A stretch of DNA of 46,410 bases from a virus (lineage: Duplodnaviria; Caudoviricetes). The DNA is taken from positions 1 to 46,410 of IMG/VR virus record IMGVR_UViG_3300010376_000055; one strand, given 5' to 3'. A program made the position numbers and the translations under genes. This document shows, one piece after another, positions 8,573-16,685 of this stretch (the first letter of the stretch is position 1; every line of letters starts with the position of its first letter). A model generated the notes under the pieces. That model saw only the letters and a program-made list of their open reading frames with translations, was not told the origin of the DNA and made no database searches.

Positions 8573-9292
8573 CTATCCTCGTATTCTTCGATCGTACTCC
8601 TCAGAGCCGATGGCAAATCCCCAGATGAGCTTGAAGGTATCACGGTCCAGATCGGCCTGGGCAAGCATTTCCCTGCGTTCGCTTTCAGGAACGCTTGGGT
8701 GGCGCCACGCCGCCGAACCCCAGTGCCAGCACTGAATATCGGTCTGGCAGCCGCGGATTCCCACTTCCCTCATCCGCATCTTCAGATCGCAGTCCGAGGC
8801 GTACATGAAATAGCGCTCATCATAGTACGATCCGTAGGCTTCTTTGATCGCATCGTGCGCCCATTTCCTAAGGAGCATTACCGAGAAATGGGGGTCTTCG
8901 TGGATCATTTTGGCGATGCATGGGGGAGGGTCTTCAACCGGACAGTCCATGTGGGCCGCGACCATGCCGCGCGGGAAGCGAAGGAGCTGGCTGTAAAGGT
9001 TCGTGGGGATGGCCGTGTCGTTGCAGACTCCCAGGACGTAGTCGTGCTTCTTAAATATTTCTGGGAGAACTTCATTAGCTAGGGCAATCGGAGAGCGGTT
9101 CTTCTCCTCCCTGACGATTTGCACCGAAATATCGGTCTTGTACGCGAACCACTCAAACCATTCCTGGGTCCCGTCCGTGCTGCCGTTGTTGATGAGCCAT
9201 AGGTCAACGGGAATGTCCTGCTTGCAGACGCTCTCTACGGCCTTCTGGGTAAGCTCGAGGTTGTTGTACGCGGTGATAGCGACGGCGTTCAC
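8573..9292 (-). CDS. Glycosyltransferase family 2 (GT-A)
   Basis: AITAYNN...LINNGSTDGT; YDERYFMYASDCDLKMR; GTG 9292 with GGAGG SD, overlapping the upstream stop. Confidence 0.85.
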   Translation of the reverse strand: MNAVAITAYNNLELTQKAVESVCKQDIPVDLWLINNGSTDGTQEWFEWFAYKTDISVQIVREEKNRSPIALANEVLPEIFKKHDYVLGVCNDTAIPTNLYSQLLRFPRGMVAAHMDCPVEDPPPCIAKMIHEDPHFSVMLLRKWAHDAIKEAYGSYYDERYFMYASDCDLKMRMREVGIRGCQTDIQCWHWGSAAWRHPSVPESERREMLAQADLDRDTFKLIWGFAIGSEEYDRRIRG

Positions 9293-10533
9293 TTCAAACC
9301 CTCCCTGAGCCATTTTTCCCAAGTCTCCCATGCCCCGGTTTCCCAGAACAAACGTTCGTCCAGATTTCGCTGAAACTTATCGGGACAATCTTTTAGATCA
9401 ATAATTCTTCCGGCCCACTTGTTGGGATCTGAAACGGGCCGTAGATTCATGTTTTCGTATCGCCAGGCATCGGCCACAATGCGATTCGACTTCGCGACGA
9501 ATTCGAGAGCGCCGGCATAATCCACGGTCAGAACCGGGACGCCACAGGCAAGGCTCTCGCTCATTGGAAGTCCCCAGCCTTCGCCAGCTCCGATCCCCAG
9601 AGTGCAGTCGCAAGCCGCGTACCACCATGACATCTCTTCATCGGTAAAGTCCCGATCCGTAAATATGACTCTCCCGTAGAGACCCATGGCCTTATGGAGC
9701 TCAATCAAGTCCCAGGCTCCGTCCTGAAGTTTGTTCGTGTGGGCTAAGAGTCCAACCTTCATTCCCACCCGTTCAAGGATTGAAACGGTTTGGAAGGCAA
9801 GACCCCAGTCTTTACGGGGAGTGTTTGTGGCATTGACGCCGATCAGAAACGCCTCCGGGTCGAGCCTGTACGGCTTCTCTTCCCGAACTAGACGGGCTGT
9901 GAACGTGTTGCGCGATTCCTGCCGATCCCGCTTGAAGAAGATCGATCCATCGGTTCCGTGGGGGAGGGCATAGCATTTAGGAACCGGGGGAGCCTTAACC
10001 TCTCTGAACTTTGGCTGGACGGACTCGATGGTCGCTTCGATTATTTTTGCACCCCAGCCCGTGTAGGCCACGTAGCGATCGCACATTTGGATCGTTCGAC
10101 CTTCTTCGCGTGAAACCCTCCCGCCTGGGCCTACCGAGTCGATAGGAATGTACGACCAGACCTTCACCCTTCCTGTCTGAAGAAACGAGCGCAGCGGACC
10201 TTCTGGGAGGATCGTAGGCCGCGTCAGCCAGTGCAGCCAACTTATGTTCCAGATCGTCAGGATGATGCCTTCATCGCCCCCAGCAAAGTCCTCCCAGATG
10301 TCCGGAAGACCTGGAAGAGTCCAACCTTTCATCTCGGTGATGATGTACTGCTGCCAGGGGAAGCGCAGCGAAGTGTTGCCGCCGAGCGTATAGGACCCAA
10401 TCCGGAAAGTGGCCTCGTCGGCGTCCTGCATGTTGAACATCCGGATACCGACTTCGCGGAGTACCCGGCCCATGCCGGTTGAGCCTGCTGGATTGTCGCC
10501 GAGAAGAAGGCAAGGAATCGGTTTCGAGCCCAT
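9289..10533 (-). CDS. Glycosyltransferase family 4 (GT-B)
   Basis: GDNPAGSTGMGRV, NTPRKDW, GEGWGLPMSESLACGVPV (EX7E motif). Confidence 0.88.
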   Translation of the reverse strand: MGSKPIPCLLLGDNPAGSTGMGRVLREVGIRMFNMQDADEATFRIGSYTLGGNTSLRFPWQQYIITEMKGWTLPGLPDIWEDFAGGDEGIILTIWNISWLHWLTRPTILPEGPLRSFLQTGRVKVWSYIPIDSVGPGGRVSREEGRTIQMCDRYVAYTGWGAKIIEATIESVQPKFREVKAPPVPKCYALPHGTDGSIFFKRDRQESRNTFTARLVREEKPYRLDPEAFLIGVNATNTPRKDWGLAFQTVSILERVGMKVGLLAHTNKLQDGAWDLIELHKAMGLYGRVIFTDRDFTDEEMSWWYAACDCTLGIGAGEGWGLPMSESLACGVPVLTVDYAGALEFVAKSNRIVADAWRYENMNLRPVSDPNKWAGRIIDLKDCPDKFQRNLDERLFWETGAWETWEKWLREGLK

Positions 10534-10716
10534 CAGTTCCCCATTTTTTCGTTTCTCAGGGTGAGAATATCATGTTGGCAGATTTTTGTGTGGAGCTAGG
10601 GTTTTCCCTAGCCTAAATATGTCATTCATAACAATTTGCTATGTGGAAAACAACCTTCTGCCAACAGAACGGTTCCAAGCCTATCAATCCCTTGCGGGAA
10701 AACGGAGGATCTGAAA

Positions 10717-11373
10717 ATGCTAAGAAAAGGAGCTGAAGCTGTCCCGTTGGAGAAGCTTTCCTTCTGGGAAGAGCTTGAGCAGGATGACCAGTCAACTATG
10801 CGGAAGGCGACTGAGGCCGCCAATGCCGCGTATGGGCGAGAGAAGGAATCTCGCATGGAAACCGGAGAGAACCTCTTCTCTGTTCGCAGAATCGTCAAGA
10901 CCGAAAAGCGCTGGCTGGAATACTGCCGCACGCAGCTCGAGTTCTCGATCGCCACGGCGTACCGTCGCATAGACGAATACAAGAAAGTCCACAGGCGGCT
11001 CCCCAAGCCGCTAGTGGCCGTAGCGAAGGAACTCAAGATCAACATCTCGCAGCGGTTTATCGAGAAGAACCCTCCTCCGGAAACAGATGACCGGAGCGAG
11101 ATGATCAAGTATCTGGAGCGGGGAAGCAAACCGCAAAGAAAAGTGGTGACTCTGGTCAACCACGAGAAGTCAGCCAGAACGGCGTTTCACGCCTTCGACC
11201 TTCAGTTCCGGCGCCTCAGCTCCAGGTCAAGGCCGTCGTTCGTCAACCGGCATGTCGGCATGATCATGACTCTGGCCGGCATCACCCACAAACAGGTGTT
11301 CGATCCGGTTGCGGTTCCTGAAAGCTTCCACATCCATCCAGGGAGACCGCGAATCAGGCCAAGGGCGGCCTAA
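10717..11373 (+). CDS. DUF3102-like HTH DNA-binding protein
   Basis: METGENL..VR....EKRWLEYCRTQLEFSIATAYRRI pattern; GGAGG SD before ATG 10717; one of only two plus-strand genes. Confidence 0.55.
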   Translation: MLRKGAEAVPLEKLSFWEELEQDDQSTMRKATEAANAAYGREKESRMETGENLFSVRRIVKTEKRWLEYCRTQLEFSIATAYRRIDEYKKVHRRLPKPLVAVAKELKINISQRFIEKNPPPETDDRSEMIKYLERGSKPQRKVVTLVNHEKSARTAFHAFDLQFRRLSSRSRPSFVNRHVGMIMTLAGITHKQVFDPVAVPESFHIHPGRPRIRPRAA

Positions 11374-11648
11374 GCTGGGGGAAGGATTGGGGTCGCGTCA
11401 GGCGGCCCCTTTTCTTCGTTAAGGATCACAAGTGAGATTTCGTGAAGCTGGTGAGCAACTACTGCAGACCACAATGCCTCGTCTCTGGGCATCAGATCCA
11501 GCGGTATCTCTAGCTCAACTTTGATGTTCAACTTCCGCTTTGGGTAGATCGTTACAGACGGTCCGACGTGACCCTCAATGCCGTTGGGTTGTCTGTATCT
11601 AATGTGAAAGCGGTTGAATGCCTCCATACGTCTAGCGGACATTCTCAT
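11370..11648 (-). CDS. Hypothetical protein
   Basis: 92 aa ORF, ATGA-coupled to the DUF5131 gene. Confidence 0.55.
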   Translation of the reverse strand: MRMSARRMEAFNRFHIRYRQPNGIEGHVGPSVTIYPKRKLNIKVELEIPLDLMPRDEALWSAVVAHQLHEISLVILNEEKGPPDATPILPPA

Positions 11649-12394
11649 TGTTCACCTGCCGGGAACTGGTGAATCAAGAGATCGGCCGGAATGAGCTTCT
11701 TCCCGGCATTCGGAGTCAATCCCCCGAACTGCTTCATGAAGAACGGTATGTTTAACTCCTGGCACTCGGCCAACAGGTCACGAGCCCACTTCTCTTCCAT
11801 CGGCCTACGACCGTGTCCGCTCTCCCCTCCGAAGATGATCCAGTCGGGACGCATGGAGAGGTTGCGCATCGTAACCGGTCCGAGAGCTGGCTCGTAGCTT
11901 ACCCAGAACTTCAGCCCTCTTTCCATGGCGTCTGCGGCGACGATTGGCAAGCGGATGTCGTAGAACTTCTGATCCTCGCACGTTGTCCCCAGCCACACGT
12001 TGTCGAATACAAACGACTTGGGAAGATACCGGTGATACCGCTGAGGCCGCTTCGTGAGAAGCTGCCACGTCAGGCAGGGAGTCTCGAAGATCAACTGCCA
12101 CAGACGCTCTCGCGCCCCTTCCGGAGCTTCGTCGTCCATGATGTCGCACATCGATCCACAGAACACCCTATGCTGCTTACCGGTCTTCGAAGCCTCGTGG
12201 TTCCACTTCCGCGGTTCCTCCCAGTGCTTGAGTCCGAACGTCCTGCGAGGCGCTCCCTTGCCCCAGTGATCGCCGCCGACCCGCTTGTCGAATGTCTCCG
12301 CGTAGCAGTTGTCGCAGCCTGGGGACACTTTCGTACAACCCCACCAGGGGTTCCATGTACTATCAGTCCACGCTATCCCTGTGTTTTTACCCAC
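11645..12394 (-). CDS. Phage Gp37/Gp68 (DUF5131) radical-SAM-like protein
   Basis: IAWTDSTWNPWWGCTKVSPGCDNCYAE, LLTKRP, WIIFGGESG, FFMKQFG. Confidence 0.93.
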   Translation of the reverse strand: MGKNTGIAWTDSTWNPWWGCTKVSPGCDNCYAETFDKRVGGDHWGKGAPRRTFGLKHWEEPRKWNHEASKTGKQHRVFCGSMCDIMDDEAPEGARERLWQLIFETPCLTWQLLTKRPQRYHRYLPKSFVFDNVWLGTTCEDQKFYDIRLPIVAADAMERGLKFWVSYEPALGPVTMRNLSMRPDWIIFGGESGHGRRPMEEKWARDLLAECQELNIPFFMKQFGGLTPNAGKKLIPADLLIHQFPAGEQ

Positions 12395-12830
12395 GGTCGT
12401 GAATCTCCCTTTGATGGTGATAGTTGCAGAGAGTCACACCATTATCGACGTCGAATCGCAACTCTGGAAATTCAGCGTAACTCTTACAATGGTGAGCCTC
12501 AAGATTCCCGCCTCCGGTATATACGGTGCAGATCAGGCAGGTGAATGCATCGCGACTAAAAACCGCCAATCTCCAAGCTCTATACTCCGGCGTTCCACGG
12601 TCTCCCTGTCTCTTAACCTTTGTTCCACCCTTCCACGCATAATGAGACTCCCCTCTCTGCGTGGCCGACTTTGTCCTTTCGCTGATAATGGACCTAGTAT
12701 CAGCAGAGTGCCTTAGTCCGAGTCTGCTTCCCGGTAACCCGAGTTCGCGACGAAGAGCCCAGCCTGCGCGCATTCTAGCCTTTGCCTCGTCGGACATTTT
12801 CGAACCTTTTAACATGCGGTATCCGTCCAA
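12387..12830 (-). CDS. HNH endonuclease with NUMOD3-like N-terminus
   Basis: HSADTRSIISE, HYAWKGG, WRLAVFSRDAFTCLIC..LEAHH...RFDVDNGVTLCNYHH. Confidence 0.88.
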   Translation of the reverse strand: MDGYRMLKGSKMSDEAKARMRAGWALRRELGLPGSRLGLRHSADTRSIISERTKSATQRGESHYAWKGGTKVKRQGDRGTPEYRAWRLAVFSRDAFTCLICTVYTGGGNLEAHHCKSYAEFPELRFDVDNGVTLCNYHHQREIHDRG

Positions 12831-12845
12831 CTGATTCCTGTCGTC

Positions 12846-13049
12846 TCACCCATTTTTCACCTTCCTCAATGCGCGCCGGTATGCTTCACGGACTGCGTAG
12901 TTGTGGGTTTCGCTGGTCATGCCAATCGAGCCTTCCACGTCGAAAGCAAGGAGATCGTACAGCTCGGCGTCGTTGGCCTCTTCGGCCTCCGGAGGCATCT
13001 CCTTGACGTCCGTAACCGGAATGCCTTCGTAGCGGATTAGCTTCGTCAC
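12846..13049 (-). CDS. Hypothetical protein
   Basis: GTGA-coupled ORF with GAGG SD. Confidence 0.5.
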   Translation of the reverse strand: MTKLIRYEGIPVTDVKEMPPEAEEANDAELYDLLAFDVEGSIGMTSETHNYAVREAYRRALRKVKNG

Positions 13050-13300
13050 TGTTGCCTCGGGTCTACCCACCGGTTAACCGGCAAGGGGGTTGCGCACAGC
13101 ATCTCGATGTACGCCGCTCCCCGCTCGGTACATTCCCAGTCGTTCGGTCGAGCCTGATCCCGTGGTGCCTTGCATCGCAACAGTTCCAAGTATTCCAGCC
13201 GATCAAGTTCGCCCTCAGACACATCCGCACGAGCACTTGGAATCGCATAGAAAGAAATCAGCGACAAAATATCACCCGGCGTTACCACTCTCTCACTCAT
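13046..13300 (-). CDS. Hypothetical (winged-helix-like) protein, leaderless
   Basis: TTGGCA-17-TACTCT-6 nt-ATG; LEYLELL...WECTERG. Confidence 0.55.
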   Translation of the reverse strand: MSERVVTPGDILSLISFYAIPSARADVSEGELDRLEYLELLRCKAPRDQARPNDWECTERGAAYIEMLCATPLPVNRWVDPRQQ

Positions 13301-13359
13301 GTTGGCAGAGTACACCTGATTTGCAACAATGCCAAGTTGGTCCAAATTTTGGAGTATTC

Positions 13360-13750
13360 AGCCATAGGGACGGCCTTCCCTCGGGGATCTACCCCTAGAG
13401 TGGCCCTGAATTCTTAGTGTGTCTTACAGCTTCTTAAACCAGAGAGAGACTTAGTCTTTGAAAGAGGGGTTCTACGCCCTCATCCCCATGGGACCAGGAC
13501 GCAGCCGTCTGTGATGGGATCAACTACCCACTCGTTGCCTGGAATTTCGTCTCGTCTCAGCTTTATCGGTGCCAATGCCCGTAAGCTGTGAACCTCAAGC
13601 GGACCGTTGTTTTTCGGTAATGGAGTTCCGCGAACCAACCGTCTTGCCTCCGAAGGCAGGAATAGACACACGTTAGCGCGTCACTCGGAAGACGGGATGA
13701 TGTGCGTGATCTAACACGCTGCAAAATCCGTTCTCCCAGATTCCGTGACT
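13360..13750 (-). ncRNA. Candidate ~390-nt structured non-coding RNA
   Basis: TTGTCG-17-TATTCT promoter (13784-13756); no credible ORF; many hairpins (TGCCT-TCGG-AGGCA, CAGCTT/AAGCTG, CCAGG/CCTGG, GTTAG/CTAAC); 3' end uncertain. Confidence 0.5.
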
Positions 13751-13811
13751 TGCGCAGAATAAATCGTCAGATTTAATCCGACAATAGCAAAATGTGGACT
13801 ATAATTTTTTT

Positions 13812-13912
13812 GTGGGCGGCCCCGCCTACGCGCGCTGCTCCGGACCCGGGTTCCGTGACAAGTTCCCTTCCTGAGAGCCCGCCCACAAATCCCCGCGAAA
13901 GCGGGGTTTTTT
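13812..13912 (+). ncRNA. Candidate ~100-nt small RNA
   Basis: TATAAT at 13800-13805; closing stem GTGGGCGG/CCGCCCAC; terminator CCCCGC-GAAA-GCGGGG-TTTTTT. Confidence 0.65.
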
Positions 13913-14795
13913 ATTGCTCGGCCATTTGCAGGTTGGGATCCTCGATCGCTTCCAGAAACATATTCGATATGCGGACTCCGAACTCGTAGCGGGCTTGGAA
14001 GTATTTCGCGAGCCCTGGATTCCTTCCCTCGCCGTCCTTCGAATATGCGAAGCTGAGCGTCTTGAACAGGGGATACAGCAGGAACGGATCGGGGATCAGG
14101 AACCCGTCCCCCAGTCCCATCTTGCCTGGCTGGCGCTGCTGGTACACGAGCTCGATCGGCGTCGTGTTGTTCGCCCTCGGCCAAATCCCGAACTGGAGCA
14201 AGCCGGTCTTGTCGCGGAAGTACACCTTGGGCCCTACGGCGGCCTTCAGTTGCCAGCGGTAGTCCGTCATGTCGAGATTGGCCTGAGACGTTTCCCTCAG
14301 CGGGTAGTTGTTCACGGCCATGCGCTCCGGAACCATGCAGTCTGAGGGCAGATTGCCGTTCTGCGCAGTCGGCAGCACGGTGATATCCGCGATGTTGTAA
14401 ACCAGAGGGCAGGCCGTAAGGAAGTCGTTTACGGCCGTAGACAGGTATGTCAGCATTTCATCCTGAGTGAATATCTGGTCCTGATTGGCCCGGTAGGGGA
14501 ACGTGGCGCCGACGATCGGTTCGCCGGCTGGATGCGCGTTCACGAAAACAGCGGTGAACGAGGTCCCTGGAACCACAGCCGTAATCGTGACCACTTCAAG
14601 AGTGCTTACCGTGGTTCCCACGCAAAGCTGCGCGCCCACGTACATCGCTTCATCCCAAACCGGAACAGTCTGCGAACCGACTCCGATGCCGCCCACAGGA
14701 ACCGACTGGTTCACCGGATTCTGAATCAGCTTGTAGCTGGCATCCGTCAGGAGATCGTTTGCGATCAGGAATCCGACACCTTGAACGACTGGCAT
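13911..14795 (-). CDS. Head-tail adaptor / tail tubular A-like protein
   Basis: FTQDEMLTYLSTAVNDF, LPSDC, GPKVYF...FGIWP, IPDPF...AYSKDGE; leaderless-type start. Confidence 0.65.
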   Translation of the reverse strand: MPVVQGVGFLIANDLLTDASYKLIQNPVNQSVPVGGIGVGSQTVPVWDEAMYVGAQLCVGTTVSTLEVVTITAVVPGTSFTAVFVNAHPAGEPIVGATFPYRANQDQIFTQDEMLTYLSTAVNDFLTACPLVYNIADITVLPTAQNGNLPSDCMVPERMAVNNYPLRETSQANLDMTDYRWQLKAAVGPKVYFRDKTGLLQFGIWPRANNTTPIELVYQQRQPGKMGLGDGFLIPDPFLLYPLFKTLSFAYSKDGEGRNPGLAKYFQARYEFGVRISNMFLEAIEDPNLQMAEQ

Positions 14796-14833
14796 GCAAT
14801 CATTCTCAGCCGCTTGAGCTTAGGCGTCCACGA

Positions 14834-15123
14834 GAAAAGCCGCCCCAACCACTGGCGGCTCTTCCGAATACGACGGAGGAATCAATTAAAGCGACCATAG
14901 CACAAAAGCCATTCCCCGAATACTGGAATGGCTATCGTGCAGGTTTCCATCACCAAAGAAGTTACCAAGACTATAACATGAAAAGGCTGCTCGCCAACCA
15001 CTCGAGCAGCCTGTCTCCCTTTGATCACAGCATCGTTAAGTGGACTATAACACGAAAGCCGCCCAAGTTCTGAGCGGCCTTCGTTCCTCAAAGGAGTCGC
15101 AGTGTCAACCTGCCGAGATTGTA
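14834..15123 (-). repeat. Tandem array of four promoter/variable segment/terminator units (candidate sRNA cassette)
   Basis: -10 boxes at 15123, 15049, 14975 and 14899 (period 74, 74, 76), three with extended TG; each followed by 25-32 unique nt, then a GC hairpin and T-tract. Confidence 0.75.
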
Positions 15124-15600
15124 CTACGATCCGAACGCGAGCTTCACGCTCGAAAGAACCGGAACCGGAACCACGGGTGTAACTGTTACCGCCTGGGTGT
15201 CGCTGAAGGTCTTGCCGTCCGGCGTGGTCACCGTGCCAGTGATGTTCGCCGTGCCGGCTGCATCTGCGGTAACCGTCGCTGTGATGCCGTCCGCGTTCAG
15301 CGTTACTGCCGCGACCGCTGAATTGTCGGTTGAGTACGCATAAGTCGACCCTGCCGGGATTGCGATCGGAGACCCGTTCTGATCGAAACCCTGCAGTTCT
15401 GCCGTTGTCGTCTGGCCTGCGACCAGAGACGTGCCGCCCAATACAAACGTCATAATCCCTCGCTCATTGAATGGCCATGTCGGCCAAAATCGGTGTTGAA
15501 GGTAGGTCCTCGTCAGAAAGCTGAGCTTCACGCTCGCAAGCCGCTTCCTGTGATGGTGCCTCATAACTGCATTCTCTTCCTCAAATGCGAAATCTTCCAT
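15124..15600 (-). CDS. Ig-like (Big_2-type) domain protein
   Basis: YSTDNSAVAAV...ATVTADAAGTANITGTV; start uncertain (15600, 15564 or later). Confidence 0.7.
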   Translation of the reverse strand: MEDFAFEEENAVMRHHHRKRLASVKLSFLTRTYLQHRFWPTWPFNERGIMTFVLGGTSLVAGQTTTAELQGFDQNGSPIAIPAGSTYAYSTDNSAVAAVTLNADGITATVTADAAGTANITGTVTTPDGKTFSDTQAVTVTPVVPVPVLSSVKLAFGS

Positions 15601-15627
15601 GAATAATTAACCCTCCGCATGCGAGAA

Positions 15628-16371
15628 CTATACCGCAGTTCTTGGGTTTGGCTTGCCCTGCGCGCCGAAGGCTCCAGTAAAGATGAGGTCGTCCAGACGG
15701 CCCTGGAAGGCCGATAGGTCCTTGATGTCGTACATATACGACTTATAAACAATCTCCGCTTCCTCGGCCTCGGCTCCACCTTCCTTCGCGCGCAGCATCG
15801 CCGCGGCGTACTTCGGGAAGGCTGATGTGAACTCGTTCTGGAAGGGTACTCCCTCGTTGCCGGTGTACGGCCTGTACTCGTTGACCGGGCTCACGATGAA
15901 GTCCATCGTCACATCCGAGTCGATCGAGAGTTGGGGATAGATTCCGAACAGCGAGATGCCCAACGGGAACCACGCCTTAATCTGGGTTGCCGGGTCAGCC
16001 TGCTGCCAGCTCGGTGTCATGTTGTCGAGAGCCTTCATCGACGTCTTTCGGATCTGGTACGGCGCTCTCATCCGGATCGGCGCCAGCACGCCAAGCGGAA
16101 CGAGGTTTCCTCCGTATCCGCCGTCCCCATACCCTCCAGAGCCGTAACCGCCGCCGCCGGCCTGAATGTTGAACCAGGTGTTTCCGGCCGTAAGCGTCAC
16201 TCTCAGGCTCGCAAGCTGCACAACTCCGGTGACCATCGCAGCTTCGAACATCCCCCACACCAGCTCGGTGTACACTTCGCCAGTCAGGTTCCAAAAGATA
16301 GGGCCGGGCTGATCAGGACAATTCTCCTCTATTCTTCCAAGCACATCCGGCAAGAGCTGTGAAAGGATCAT
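15628..16371 (-). CDS. Head-tail adaptor / tail tubular A-like protein with GYG insert
   Basis: LFGIYP, VPFQNEF...YAAAMLRAKEG; resembles 13911-14795; GGGGYGSGGYGDGGYGG insert. Confidence 0.6.
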   Translation of the reverse strand: MILSQLLPDVLGRIEENCPDQPGPIFWNLTGEVYTELVWGMFEAAMVTGVVQLASLRVTLTAGNTWFNIQAGGGGYGSGGYGDGGYGGNLVPLGVLAPIRMRAPYQIRKTSMKALDNMTPSWQQADPATQIKAWFPLGISLFGIYPQLSIDSDVTMDFIVSPVNEYRPYTGNEGVPFQNEFTSAFPKYAAAMLRAKEGGAEAEEAEIVYKSYMYDIKDLSAFQGRLDDLIFTGAFGAQGKPNPRTAV

Positions 16372-16676
16372 TCGCTCACCGCTTCCGAGGTTCTATCTCG
16401 GCCCAATAGGATCACGCGAACCATATCGGCCCGATTGTTGCATCCGATTTTGTCATAGGCCGATCGCATGTAGTTCTTGACTACCTGCTCCTTGATCCCC
16501 ATCTGTACGGCAATGTCGGCGTTTGTGCAGCCGTAGACTGCAAGATCAACGCACTTCGCCTCGCGAGCGGATAGTCCAAACCGTCCCTCTGCACTCTTGC
16601 CACTAGGAATCTCGGCTCCCAGTCTGATTGAAACCTCAAGAAGAGTTCCGCATTTAGGGCAAAGGATCTTCGGCAT
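16368..16676 (-). CDS. LuxR-type HTH regulator with N-terminal CxxC
   Basis: LSAREAKCVDLAVYGCTNADIAVQMGIKEQVVKNYMRSAYDKIG. Confidence 0.88.
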   Translation of the reverse strand: MPKILCPKCGTLLEVSIRLGAEIPSGKSAEGRFGLSAREAKCVDLAVYGCTNADIAVQMGIKEQVVKNYMRSAYDKIGCNNRADMVRVILLGRDRTSEAVSE

Positions 16677-16685
16677 CTTCTCTCC

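Noticed and set aside
14759-15091. ORFs 14759-15073 (+) and 14882-15091 (-)
   Set aside because: They run through four terminator hairpins with no protein-like features; better explained by the RNA array
14834-15123. CRISPR array
   Set aside because: Repeats are not identical, each contains a -10 box and terminator, and no cas genes are in the window
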